Part shown: positions 33,552 through 46,266 of the stretch, in pieces | How positions within the stretch are numbered: position 1 is the first letter of the stretch | Layout: every line of letters begins with the position of its first letter | From: Nemertoderma westbladi | Taxonomy: Eukaryota; Animalia; Xenacoelomorpha | Assembly (NCBI GenBank): GCA_032718475.1 | Contig: JAUCBJ010002426.1 | Span: forward strand, 1,617 to 65,616 | DNA: 64,000 nt | Reading direction: 5' to 3' | The notes under the pieces: generated by a model | The model's database searches: none | Told to the model about the DNA's origin: nothing | Seen by the model: the letters and a program-made list of their open reading frames with translations, nothing else | Program-made: the position numbers and the translations under genes

Positions 33552-36500
33552 TTCAGCATTTGAAACGGTTATTTATTGCAGGACAACTGTACCCTACTAT
33601 AAAGTTTTTCAATCACAAACTTTATCTGCAGCCAATTAAGATATGGGATATCAGTATATCTGTATATACCAGTATATATTTTATCTTTGCAGCTTTATAT
33701 ATACCATATTATATTATATATATCAGCATACCAGTATATATACTCTTAGTACTGGTATGAGGATTATCCAACCATCACCAGTATTCTGGTATTAGCCGAT
33801 ATTGGTGGTTTGGTACCGGTATGCCGGTACCGATTCTGTGATTGGTGGTTCCGCAGTTCTCAGGTTCTGTACCGGTATGATACGGTATACGGCTGTACGG
33901 TATCTGGGTATAGTAGTAGTAGTACCGGGGATCCGGTATATAATAGTTTACCAGGTTACCGGTATTCTTTCAACTGGTCAAGTCCAGCACTGGCTATTCT
34001 AACTGACAGCGTATTACTGTATTATCTAATTCCGTAATTATAGATGTAGTTTATCCTGTTATCGGCAGACACGTATTAGCAGCCTACATCAGTTTCTTCT
34101 TTCTAATCTAACAACTTCTGAACTTACTTGATTGGTTGCTAGTTAGTTAATCCTGATGTTTCACCTTTAAGGTTTTAGGGTAGGCCTACCGTCGTCTGTC
34201 TTTCTGTTTGATCTTTGAAGATACCGGTCAGCCGGTATACGTTTATACATTCACGGTTAGGTTATTCTGGTTGTAGCTTGTACGTTGATCTACAACATTC
34301 CGATCTGGGAACCAGCACCGAAGATAAGTTTTTTACTGTCCTGAGCAACGCAGCCCTATTACTATAGTCAGCTGGTATTTCAGGCGTATAACGCAGCCAT
34401 TACACAATAACATACACCGTAGGAAAAACATGACCGAGTTTGCTAACTTCCGATAACATTTACATTTAATTCCTTCGTTACATTAACATCGTATAATAAG
34501 CTGGTAAAAAACTTGTAAAGTTAGGCCACTGGTTCACAGCGTCCTGGGTACATTATGACAGACAATCCTATGTAGATTATGTACATGTATATATATGTAT
34601 ATATGTACATTATGACAAATAATCCTGTAGTCCTAAGTGCTGCATTAATAAGCAGTAAGCTAGCTATATGCTATTGATGTTAGTACTGTACCGGTACATT
34701 AAGACAAGTCTGAAGTCATTATGTTACTGTAGTATGGCATTTATCTGTATAACGTTTATGTCCATTAATATAACTTATGTCCATTAATATATATAACTTA
34801 TGTCCATAACAAATATTGAGCTGAAGACGTGTAAGTCTGCTCAGATTGTTCAGATAATTGTAGGCCGGACTGTTGTCGGATTGTTGTTGGGTTTGGAGAG
34901 ATTACGGCGTGTGTAGAGTTTGTCCGATAGAGTGCCAGTTAGTAAGTTGGGGCAGCCATAGCTGTAAGGTCAATCCCCTCTTAAAGAATAAGTCGTACTA
35001 CCGTGTTAGAACGCATACTAACTAACAATTTTGGAATCTGCACATACTGTAGTTTATTTAGGCTTGACAGTATTCTGCCAGCGTTTTGGCCTGTGTTTGT
35101 TTGTGTGGTCTGTTCAGGTACCGTAATAGTTATTACTCAGATACTTTGTAGGCTGGATTGTTGTCTAGCTATTATTAGGTCTGAAGAGATTGCTGCGTGT
35201 GTAGAGTTTGTCTGATAAAGTGCCAGTTAGTAAGTTGGGGCAGCCATAGCTGTAAGGTCAATCCCCTCTTAAAGAATAAGTCGTACTACCGTGTTAGAAC
35301 GCATACTAACCAACCATTTTGGAATCTGCACATACTGTAGTTTATTTAGGCTTGGTGGTAGTCTGCCAGCGTTTGGTTTGTATTTGTTTGAGTATTCTGT
35401 ACGGGTAGCGTAATATTTATTATTCAGAGTTTATGCGATTATTCGCAACATTTATGTCCCCAAGTTTATTCCTACAGTAATTGTGCTTGTTATACATACC
35501 GTTATAGTTAAATTAACCCCGGTACTACACGGGCTGCTTGGCGTAGGAAAAGACTGGTGACTTTGTGCTTCGGTCACTCCAGCAGATGCCGTGGTTCTTT
35601 TAACTGTTCAAGTATATTTAACTACTGATTATTTGTTGTACCAGTACTTGTACCTAATTTAGGGTTTAGTGTACAGTGCTTTCCGAAAGTAATTAGTGTG
35701 TAGGCAGTGTATTGTGTTGTAAAGTGGTTAATAGGCACGTTGGATCTGGTAGTCCGCGGTAATTAACTTCCAGGTAGGAACACTCCGTGATACATAACGT
35801 AGTACCTATAGTGATACGGCTATAGGTCGTCAGGCGGTGGTATTTTCCCTATCTGGACAGTGCAATATATTTACTACTACTTATTATTTTCGAATACCGT
35901 AGTACCCTGTCCATTGTAATAACCAGAATTCTAACCCTTTGTTAGGCTGGTTTGTAGTTCCCTGTAAAATTACCCTAAAATTTCATACGTAACATTTTGT
36001 TGTGTTTTAATTAGAGATTTAATCTCACCCGTATCGTAAGTAATTCGTAGATAAGTAACTTAGGAAGTAGAATTATCTGTTTTAGTGTCTAATGAGTAGC
36101 ACTTCACTGAGAGCGCACAGCTTTTGTGTAGTGATTACTTCCCAGAAATAGTAACATCTATTTCAATATTGTAACAAAACCCCTCATACGGGTACATATA
36201 AATCCACTAAATCTATTAATAAAATAGTAGGCCTGTTATACAACACTTAGGTCGTAATATCAGTTGGACTGCTGCTCAAATAACGGTAATGAAGTAAGTA
36301 AAGTAACCAAGTAACCCCTAACATTCAGAAATTCAATTATTCTAAAATAATTGACATACCGGTATTTACCATAGGCTTATTATATTTATTTCTATAAATT
36401 TGGGCTGAAATCATACCGTTATTCTGTAATTAATTCTAGTCTGTAATAATTATACTTATATATACTATAAGTGTCAGCTGTATACCGGTATTCACGATAG

Positions 36501-36742
36501 GCCTATTATATATTTATATATATTTGTGCTAAATTTATATACCGGTACTCTGTGACAAATCTAGTCTGTAATGATACTTATATATATATTATAAGCATAC
36601 CGGTATTCTAATATATTATATATATATCACGCTACACTGAGTAGCAGTATCGGTAATTAATTATTAGGCTAACAGTGATACTGAATTACTAGACTTGCTT
36701 TAACTGTAATATAGCAGTAGGCATTCAACTGTACAATCAAAC

Positions 36743-39700
36743 ATGGCTGACACAAGGCAAACTCTGTCAGATAGTCTCCTAGAAACAACAGACTGTTTCT
36801 CAGATCAAAGTGTAGAGAATCCCAGACCGAGGTCTGAAACCCCTCATACTGTAAGAAGGGCAACCCCTGCAGTGGTTGTGTCAGAACCTAGGTTGGTAGA
36901 AGCGATTTCGCAATTTGCGAAGTTAGTGAAGCGCCGTTGGTCTGCCATAGGCACTCGGGCCCAAGTCAAGCGGGATCAAGAAGAAGCTATAAAACAGCAG
37001 CAACCTCCTAGCCAAGAACCTAGTTCTCAGCGGCCCGATAGCTCCAGTAGTTCGGATACTGTTGAGCGGACGCCCGAACGCGGAGCGAAGATGGCGGATA
37101 CGGTTTATGATGAGTGGCCAACCTATGAAGAATCAACCGACGCCACTTCTTCTCAAGTGGAAAGCGAGGTGGAAAGCGAGGTGGAAAGCGAGGTGGAAAG
37201 CGAAGTGGAAAGCGAATTAACAGCAGCAGAGAAGCCGCGAACTAGAGACGCCATTGACATCTATCTGTCAGACTATCAGCGATTCATAGGAGACGAAGAG
37301 TTGAGGAGACGACTGTCTGGACTTCGCCCTAATAGTGAAGGAACCAAGCTTGTGTTGGACGCAATCGATGCGGAAATGTTAGCTGCAAACCAAGCTAAAT
37401 TTGATGAAAAACTCCGCCTCGTTAGAGTCCAAGAAGAACAAGTAAAGAAAAAACGGATAGAGGACCGAAAGGCAGCAGCAGTAGCGGCAATGGCAGAAGT
37501 AGAAGCAGAAAGAAAGGCAGCGGCGGCAGAAGTAGAAGCAGAAAGAAAGGCAGCGGCGGCAGAAGCAGAAGCAGAAAGAAAGGCAAAAGCGGCAATGGCA
37601 GAAGTGGAAAGAAAGGCAGCAAAGGCAGTGGCAGAAGCAGAACGGAGAGCGTCTGAGGAGACTACCCAACTGGAGTTGGAATATCTGCAAGAGACGCAAG
37701 ACAACATAAATAAACAGTTAACTGCTAGTCACATGCAGATGATGAGAAGATCTACTCCCAAACGCCAGGGATACACATCATCGGAAGAAAGCGAAACCAC
37801 CGATCCTGAAGGCGGAGGAAATAGATCTCGTCTAAGCAGGCGTAGAAAAACATCTCACCGTCATAAATTGCCTGATTTGCCCCCAGCTGTTAGAAGACAA
37901 CTAGCTAGCACAGACTTAAGTAGTATAGAACCTACAGACCAAATTATTAAGGTCAAAAGACTCCCTACTATAGTTGATGAGCCTGAAATAATTAGGCCTG
38001 TCATTCCCAAAGTCACCCCTGTGCTAGAAACTCCTGTACTTCCAGAGCTTAACTCTAAATTCCCTTTACATAGTACTACACTGCCTGTACCCGGTAGAAC
38101 AGTCCATGAGAATATCCCTGTCCTGGAAGCTGAGAGAGAAATCAAAGATTTGTCTCCCGTCGTCCCGCGTCAGCCCGCTACAATGTTGGCGACTCCCGCT
38201 TCGGCGGTTGAGTGGGTAGAGGAGGGACGGCGGGGGATGAATCTCCTGCTCGGACAGATGCAGGAGACTGTCCACCAGCTTAAGGGAACAGTAAGGGAAG
38301 GTAGGGCAGAATTGCAAGAAGTGCAGCAAAGTATCGCGCTGGAATGCGACAAATTAGTTAATATACAAAAGAGTATACCAATACCCCCTGTAACATTGTG
38401 TCAACCTGTTAGGTCTGAAGTATTACATGCGCGAGGTGTGGAGCCTACACGCATCTATACTGCTAGTGAAGTAGAAACTCCTATAGCAAGCCCTATTAAG
38501 GGTGATTATAGACCTGTTATTAATGATATCCCCTATAGACCTGACAATGATCCGAGAAATTTATATACCGATAATTCGATATTAAATAACACGATGGCCC
38601 AAGAAAGCTTTACGCGTCAGATGGCTAGAACAGAAGCCCGCCAAGCGGTCAAAGTGGGAGAGATCGTCAAATTCAATGGAGATGAGATGAAATGGTTACC
38701 TTTCAACGAATATTACAAAGATAGCATACAAAACTCTGTACTATCTAACGGAGAGAAACTTAGGTTCCTCATCAAGTGCTTGGAAGGACCTCCCAGGTTA
38801 ATGGCGTTAAAGTTTATTGGACATCCAGAAGGATTAAGACAAGTATGGGATACATTAAACATCAGGTATGGTAACAAGGATAACATAGCTAAGTATTTGT
38901 ATGCAAAATTAGTAGCCCCCCGACACTTCCTTAGTAGCGGGATTATAGAGTTTTCCGATGAAATTCAGGAAATCTGTAGACAATTGGACTGGTTAGGTAA
39001 GTCTCATGAATATCAGAGTTCAATGGTTATTGGAGCAGTAGTCTCTACTTTACCCAAGGGTGGAGTATGTACACGCTGGGACAAGAAAGTGTTGTACATG
39101 AATGAACAACAACGACGAAGTCCTACCATGGCTGATCTCATGTCCTTCTTAGATAGTGAAGTAAAATTACAACTCATAAAGCAGTCCAGAGAGAAAACAT
39201 TGGAAAATAAGGTAAGTGAGAAACCCGTTTCTAGGAGAAGGATAATACCAGTGTGTTATACTGACGACGGCGAAAGCCAAGCTTCCCAAGAAGGGGACAG
39301 CGGGAAAGACACAGCAAAATCTTACTATGACAACAAGACCTATAAAGACGTAAGTAAATACAAGTCTCGAACCAGTGACAGGAGAGAACAGGTAACAACA
39401 ACTCCTCCTACGTCTCCTAAGAGAATTCACGGAAGAAAGCCCGAAGAAAGAACGAGAGTGCATAACGTTACCCAAGGTAAGGTGAGTAACATCAAACCAA
39501 AATGTGCGCTGTGCGACGGGCCCCACCGTTTGAGTGCGTGTGCTGAATTTCTAAAGAAATCCCTTGTAGACAGACGTACAGTCCTGTGGAATAAGCGGTT
39601 ATGCTATAATTGCCTCAGATCAGGACACCAACGGCGAACCTGTTACTCCGACGTAAAGTGTGCAAAGTGTGGTGCGAAACATCACATCTTGTTACACAGT

Positions 39701-40123
39701 GAGTTCGAACGAGACAACCCGAGTCAGGTAAGTGAGCCCGAACTACATGTCCAATTCAGTGATGTAAATGACACTGATCAAGAGTCTGAGATGGAAGGAT
39801 TCTATACTGACGAATTCTCCGACGCCAACGAATCTTGTTACCTAATAAATACCTCAGTGTATCGAGCACTTACTTATGAAAAGGACACCGACAATGAGTT
39901 CCCCCCAACTACTTTTGCCAGACAACCATCTTGGAAAGCTCCAACTTCCAACGTAGGAATCAGAGAATTTCCTGTAGTGCAGGTAAGAGTTCATGGTCCT
40001 AACAAAAGTTACATAGTGAACGCCCTCCTTGACTCCGGCAGCACAGGAACATTCATCGATCAAGAACTAGCCGAAGATATCTTTGCTGGACATGCAAATA
40101 CTCATCCGCCAAAACGAGCATGA
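36743..40123 (+). CDS. gag: BEL-B Gag with N-terminal part of protease (1126 aa)
   Basis: Open frame containing FNGDEMKW, CCHC knuckles and ALLDSGS. In-frame VESE and AEVEAERKAAA repeats. Confidence 0.92.
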   Translation: MADTRQTLSDSLLETTDCFSDQSVENPRPRSETPHTVRRATPAVVVSEPRLVEAISQFAKLVKRRWSAIGTRAQVKRDQEEAIKQQQPPSQEPSSQRPDSSSSSDTVERTPERGAKMADTVYDEWPTYEESTDATSSQVESEVESEVESEVESEVESELTAAEKPRTRDAIDIYLSDYQRFIGDEELRRRLSGLRPNSEGTKLVLDAIDAEMLAANQAKFDEKLRLVRVQEEQVKKKRIEDRKAAAVAAMAEVEAERKAAAAEVEAERKAAAAEAEAERKAKAAMAEVERKAAKAVAEAERRASEETTQLELEYLQETQDNINKQLTASHMQMMRRSTPKRQGYTSSEESETTDPEGGGNRSRLSRRRKTSHRHKLPDLPPAVRRQLASTDLSSIEPTDQIIKVKRLPTIVDEPEIIRPVIPKVTPVLETPVLPELNSKFPLHSTTLPVPGRTVHENIPVLEAEREIKDLSPVVPRQPATMLATPASAVEWVEEGRRGMNLLLGQMQETVHQLKGTVREGRAELQEVQQSIALECDKLVNIQKSIPIPPVTLCQPVRSEVLHARGVEPTRIYTASEVETPIASPIKGDYRPVINDIPYRPDNDPRNLYTDNSILNNTMAQESFTRQMARTEARQAVKVGEIVKFNGDEMKWLPFNEYYKDSIQNSVLSNGEKLRFLIKCLEGPPRLMALKFIGHPEGLRQVWDTLNIRYGNKDNIAKYLYAKLVAPRHFLSSGIIEFSDEIQEICRQLDWLGKSHEYQSSMVIGAVVSTLPKGGVCTRWDKKVLYMNEQQRRSPTMADLMSFLDSEVKLQLIKQSREKTLENKVSEKPVSRRRIIPVCYTDDGESQASQEGDSGKDTAKSYYDNKTYKDVSKYKSRTSDRREQVTTTPPTSPKRIHGRKPEERTRVHNVTQGKVSNIKPKCALCDGPHRLSACAEFLKKSLVDRRTVLWNKRLCYNCLRSGHQRRTCYSDVKCAKCGAKHHILLHSEFERDNPSQVSEPELHVQFSDVNDTDQESEMEGFYTDEFSDANESCYLINTSVYRALTYEKDTDNEFPPTTFARQPSWKAPTSNVGIREFPVVQVRVHGPNKSYIVNALLDSGSTGTFIDQELAEDIFAGHANTHPPKRA

Positions 40124-40688
40124 GGCGCTAGAGACATTGGAGAAACGGCCTGCTCAACCGCAGCCACTACAAACCTATGCGGTAAGAACTAGAGTAGGTT
40201 GGTACTTCACTGGCCCTTCCCGTAGAACTCTCAAAGAGAGATTACCTCAACAACAGGTATACCAAGTAAAGGAATGGGAAGTGGAGAGCAGTGATGTGGA
40301 CGATCCAACTGAGGGAACACCATACTCCTCAGATAATGACGATATTAACTCCAATGTAGATCAATGGAGACATTGCCTTGGGACGATTAATCCAGCCGAC
40401 ATCGCTTCCAGAGGAGCAACTCCTCAAGAACTGATAGATAATCCAGGCTGGTTAGGTGGATCCGACTTCTTAAGTAAAGAAGAAGAAGAATGGCCTCCTC
40501 ATCTTACCCCGGTGAAGATTAGACAGGCCAAGGGAGCGGAGAAAGTAACACAACAACTCAATCGCCCAGCTAGTCGTTTATGTTTACTGGAAAGAGACCG
40601 AAAACTGTCCGGAAACTATGGAAGGCAAGATACTCTTCCTACGACCACTTCCCTAATCCGACAAATATCTAGGGACTCCATAACGTAA
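40083..40688 (+). pseudogene. pol: BEL-B pol remnant; RT, most of RNase H and integrase deleted
   Basis: Patchwork of short pieces matching BEL-A: post-protease segment, INPADIASRG, and the C-terminal CLLERD. Confidence 0.9.
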
Positions 40689-42330
40689 TAACATATGGAG
40701 TGGGCGTGTGACTATATCATTTTATATTTGTTTTTATTTTATATTTATGTATGTATTATTATGTAATTTTATTATAATCGTTTCCTTTAATTTTATTTAG
40801 TAGAATGTTATTTTAGTGATTATTTAGTAGATTAGTGCAATATATTAGTGTTTATTACGTACGTAATTACTTATAATATATACTTAGTGCGACGGCGAGA
40901 AATAATTTTTTCTCTTTCCTTACTGTCCGTATCATATTATAAATACGTGACTACAGTAAGATGAAATGTCCGTACTTCTTAAAGTACAATAAAGCCACTA
41001 CTATATTCAAGTATTATTGGTAGGCAGAGTATTAGGAATGCAAAGTTCAGATCCTCGTGTCTCGGCTAAACCAAGCTCTGGGTAGACCTTGGAAACGACT
41101 TGCCTCTTCACACTGACATTGCTTCGTGCGATATTGCTCTTCTACCTTATATTAAATAATAAATATAGTAGCGTGATGTCCCTCTAACAGTAGCGTAAAA
41201 CGCAAATAAATCTGTTAAACTTTTTGACCATCTGTAATTCTAGTCGATTAAGATATCGCGGCACCCACCGATATACTTGAAAGACAAATTCTAGAATCAG
41301 TGGTTAACGTCCCCAGACAAGTTCTGGAATAAATCGGTGCCCATCTTAAATATTAATTTAATATTTAGTAAAATCTGTAAAATTCAGATCCGTTAACAAT
41401 TCTAGTCGATTAAGATATCGTAGCACTTACCGATAATCTTAAAAGACAATTTCATAGAATTAAGGATCCTATATCCCCAGACCTGCTCTGGAATAAAAAT
41501 TGTGTCAATTTTAACATCAAATAATAAAATTCACGGGAATAGATTTAAATTCATATTTTAAATGAATTTCATAAATTGTCATTTTGTGCAATTTATAACA
41601 TTCCCAAAATTCCATTAATTAATAGATCATGGGAGCGGAGATTCATCCTATTGAGTGTATTGGCGTGCGAGAATCTCCGACATATAGTCAATAGCCGATA
41701 AAATTAATAAAATCATGCATAAAGAGGATATTGACAATTAAAGAATTATTATTAAATAGCATCCCAGATCTGTATGCATGAGAATTACCCTAATTCTACC
41801 GCTAGCATTCCATAATGTCACCATAGCAACACCCACGCTAGAATTAGAAGCGAGTTAAAAGAACAATAGAAAGCTTGTCCCATTGCCTAGCATAGAGAAT
41901 ACCTAGCACACTGTTAGTATCCAAGGATACACAGTAATAACGTGACATTCTGGAAGGCACTGACTAACGGACAAATGGCACAATTATGTATGTATGTACG
42001 TGTACAATTGGTGACAGTTGTGTGGAATTTGTGCGTTTATAGGTGAATGTTACTGCTAAAGTATGTTTACAATAGCTAGTCGCAATTGTGAAAGTAGCCC
42101 AACTCTCCTATAGAAAGAACCTAAAGTGGATTCAAGCCTTTGGGACGGACAGTGGAGTGACTTGTGCCGGTTATCGTTGTCGTGCTGTTGCTACATGTTG
42201 GCGTAAACACCGCGACGACGGTACATCGGCGCTGAGAATCCCACTGTCCGGGGGCAAAGAGAGGTAGGCAGCGACGTCCGCTCGCCTAAACATAAACTCA
42301 TTCCGATATTAATAAACTCAGATAGCAGAT

Positions 42331-43779
42331 ATGACGGAGTTGGTAGAAGATGATCTTGGTATCAGGGAGCGATATACTCTACCTTTACAAGCATTTGTGG
42401 ATAGCTTGATACGCGGTGAAGCCGATCCAACCATTACGGAGGACGATGGTCGTTATATCGAACCGCCGATGTCCCAAGAGCAACTTATGCGTGAATTGGA
42501 CTATCGAAAATTCACCGCTCGCTATACGAATCGTAATGGTACGTATATGGACTTCCTAACTACCGGCCATCCTATCGATTTACATGACACGGACGATGTA
42601 GACACCGAAAAGAAAATGGTTCTATTTAAATATCATACCCAGCGGAGTCGTAACGATAAACCGAAAATAGATCACGAAAATTCTATTCGTAACAGACTGG
42701 GAAGACGAACCAATATGCCTAGAATCTGAGGAGATTCAGCCTATCGCGCCCGGAACAGCGACAACGATTATATCCTAGAATGGTATCAAGGTCCACAGTG
42801 TCTCACTGCGTACAATTATCGCCATGCCAACTATGTTTCTCGGCAACGTTGTCGGTTATGCGCATCGAGAGACCATGTTACGCCCATGGACACAAACGTC
42901 CGCTGTTCCTATTTCCACGAACAACCGGCGATGGAAATTTATTGCGCGTATTGCAGACTCAATAACTTGCATATCTTTGCGGTTTGCCCTCAATTTATGA
43001 CTCAATGTCACCGTTGTCGGCTAAAAGGACACGCCAGTTTCGATTGCCCTTTTAATCACGATTTAGAAAGCGTAGATGAAATGATCACACTACGTTACAT
43101 CAGAGCTTGGGAAGCGAACGCTGACTTACATTGTGATTCGCGCCATCGCTATTATCCTGGACGCGCTTACGAAGGAGTTTATGCGTTCCATCCTTATCTA
43201 TTCGCTTCTGTCGAACAGAAATCACGCATATCAAGTTACGAGCTACTGAAGCGCGTTGGAGAATGTATTTCAACCAAATTCGTACGCAAATTTCTCAGGA
43301 GTGTTAATCCTAGCGACCTTCATTCCTATAACTTAATCAATTATATCCGTCAGGATCCGGACTATGGAGACTTGTTTGTTAACTCACACCCCGAGTTACA
43401 GGAAGTATATCGACGGCCTTACGAATACCGAGCCCGCGAACGCGAGTTGGAAAGGACCATTAAACCCCGGAGGTTTCTAACTGCCTATGGTCCACCCACG
43501 GCCCTCGTTCAGACCACTCGTAAAGGACCCGTAAGAGCGGCTGTCTTGAAACGAGCTCTCAAAGCCGTTAGACCCCTCTCCCCGGACGTTGATGTCAATC
43601 AACCCGGTACTTCGACTGGCGGATACACCGACCATAATCCTACACCCTCTGATGCAATCATATTGCACCCTTCACCCAGGAGTTATAGCCCTCCTTGTAA
43701 AGTGGCTCGCCCCAAAGAGAAAAGGACTCTGGCTAGCTTTAAAAAACTGCGTAAACGCCGTCCGCGCAAGAAAGACTAA
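42331..43779 (+). pseudogene. BEL-B copy of the accessory ORF with ~2.8-kb internal deletion
   Basis: First ~125 aa and last ~350 aa match 1937-6190. Junction near 42700. Confidence 0.92.
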
Positions 43780-43857
43780 CTGTTTAGAGTATTTACGTAT
43801 ATTAGAAACTGTGATTTTGTATATTTAATAGACTCAAATCCCATTTTCTGGGAGCGG

Positions 43858-45093
43858 TGTAAAAGCTTCTGTGGGATATAACTGGCCCCTTTGCTTCGCA
43901 ATCCAGTTTCCCCCCAGGCGCTGGAATACTCTAAAAAGGTTCTCTAACTGTATATATATTCCCCTCGCCCGCAAGGTACCGTTATAGGTGTTTTAACGGA
44001 CATAAAAGTCATTCTGCTATATACGTGTTTTGGCGGACATGGTAAGGCAAAAAACCTGCAATGCACCAAATACCTTTCACAGCTTAGCCGTGATGATTCA
44101 TATTACGACATCTAACAGCTGGTTGCTGACATGGAAACAGCCATTGGACGCATGGTTCTTTGTTTGGCTTGAGCCAATCAGAGTGATTTTTTCTGTCGAC
44201 GTGTAGCTTTTCGGCCGATCATACTGAGAGTGTTCAGTCTTACTGTTTTTCTTGATATAGTTTTGTTGTTGCTATCTAGGCCAGGAACAACGGCTCTAGA
44301 GTCAATTCGTTTTCAGACTTTAGAAGAAACATTAGTAGGCTTAAGATTATAGAGCGTATAACTGTTATCGGTCCATATCAGTACATTGTCATATCATATC
44401 TTAACCTACCGTCTTAATGATTTGCTGTTGTTTGGTTGAATATTATTTGGAGAACATTTATAAAGAACCCAAATTTCCCAATTTTCTTGATACACTACAG
44501 GTTAGAGAGAAGGGTTATATATAGCGATTGCGACTTATATTATTGTGTTTGTAGTGAATTTAATGCTATTTGATAAGCACTACATGGTTCGTTGCTGTTC
44601 TCTTTATATATGATAAAATTCATTGACGGTCGGCAAATTAGTGAGCAGTATTGTGTGTTACCGGTAGTGTGCTTGATTGTGACTGATAACTAAGCATTTC
44701 CTAAAGAATGCGCCTCATACGTGAATCATAAGCCTTACCGACTTACCGTTGTGATTAGTATAAGTCATATCTCTGTTTACCTAGATAGAGCGCCACGTCC
44801 TAAAGGAACTGTTAATATTTCCCGAAAGTGAATAATATTAGTCAGAAATTATTTATTAACGATCAATCGAATAATACAATACAGTAAGCTTACACTGCAA
44901 TAATAATCTAAGCCCTCAGAATCCAGTCTCCCGGGTATATCCAGCGGGTGAATGGACGCGCACTAGGCTGGCTTCTGCTAATGTTGTGTTTATTGGTATT
45001 AAATATTTGTCATCTTCTAAAGTCTATTTATAAACCAAAAGACATATAAATTTTGGCAGGTTAAACTGCTAAAGGTCTTCAAAAGCGCGTACA
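43858..45093 (+). repeat. BEL-B 3' LTR
   Basis: Direct repeat of 25267-26502. Confidence 0.97.
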
Positions 45094-46266
45094 GTCATTT
45101 CGGCACTTCTGGATTTTGTTGTCAGTCCAGGAGGCCCTTTTCCTGTTTCGAGGGTATACAGGAACTGTTTCTGCAGCTGCTAACTTAATTGCTTCTGTGA
45201 AGGCAGTATAGCCCTCACAGTGATCTGCCGCCTCAGAGGCAAGAACCTCATATCTGTTGCTCAGCTGTAGTGTGAAGCTGGATCTCACACTTGGCTGTTG
45301 CAACAGAGAGGACCAGTCATGCCGCGGCAAGGCAGATTTCGTTGTTCTGCTAGCACGCAGACTAAGTCTTACCTTGGCCACAATAAGGCGGTGATCACTG
45401 GAGAAGGGACGAAGTGTAAATGCATTACAGTCTTCTTTAGAGCTCCTGTACTTCCTACGAAACAGAATATGGTCTATCTGGGACTTGTGACCACTGGGTC
45501 CACTATGAGTCCATAGCTTTCCAGTTCGCTTCTTGAACTGGGTTCCAGCCGAAATCAATCCATTTCCAGAGATAAAATCCTGAAGATGGACGGAATTTCG
45601 GTTGACACTATTGCTATAGACCCAGGGCGATGTAGGTGATTGATGCAGACTTGCATTAAAGTCTCCCAGGAATGTTAAGAATGCATGCTGATCCACGCCC
45701 TCAGTAGCTGCTTGTAGATTTTGGTAGAAATTTTCCACCTCCTCTACAGGGGCAACACTAGTTGGAGAGTAGCACACAATCAGAAACACCTTAGGAAACT
45801 TCTTAGCCAGTCTTCCAGAACATGAGAAGTGGCAACGGATGATGCGGTTAGAGATTTGGTCTATTTTGTCCAATGCTGCATGTGCATTTGGATTCATCAA
45901 TAGACCAATACCACCATTGCCAATATCATCTGCTGATGCAAAGGCGAGTCGCCAACCGCCCCCGATGTCCTTAATCAGAACCTCATCAGTCTGTCCAGTC
46001 TGCATTCGGTGCTCTTGAACACCCACTGCGCTAAGAGAAAGCTTATCTGCCAAGGCAGTCAGCTCACCTTGTCGCATTGGGGACCCGAGTGTTAGGGTGT
46101 TTACTGAGACTAGTCTAGTGACTTGCCTCAGATTCACCAATGGCTTTGTTGGTCGGGGTGGAACATGAGAGTAGCCTCCAACTCCAGAATCCCTCTCCCC
46201 CTCACAATCTGGCCTCCCTGGTGACCCAGGGTTCGGGCCAGAAAGGTCATCAGGAAAGGGACTCAA
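45094..46266 (-). CDS. LINE apurinic-like endonuclease, interrupted at 45093
   Basis: Motifs SVNTLTL, GVQEHR, LGDFNA, QIDHIL, SDH. Confidence 0.92.

Larger units (their letters stand above)
26836..34811 (-). mobile_element. BEL-C, a distinct BEL/Pao family nested antisense in the BEL-B leader
   Basis: LTRs at 26836-27253 and 34337-34811. TSD AATAT at 26831-26835 and 34812-34816. PPT GAGTGGGGAG. Confidence 0.97.
25267..45093 (+). mobile_element. BEL-B, non-autonomous relative of BEL-A
   Basis: 1236-bp LTRs at 25267-26502 and 43858-45093, with 2 differences seen. TSD GTCAT at 25262-25266 and 45094-45098. PPT GGGAGCGG as in BEL-A. Confidence 0.97.
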
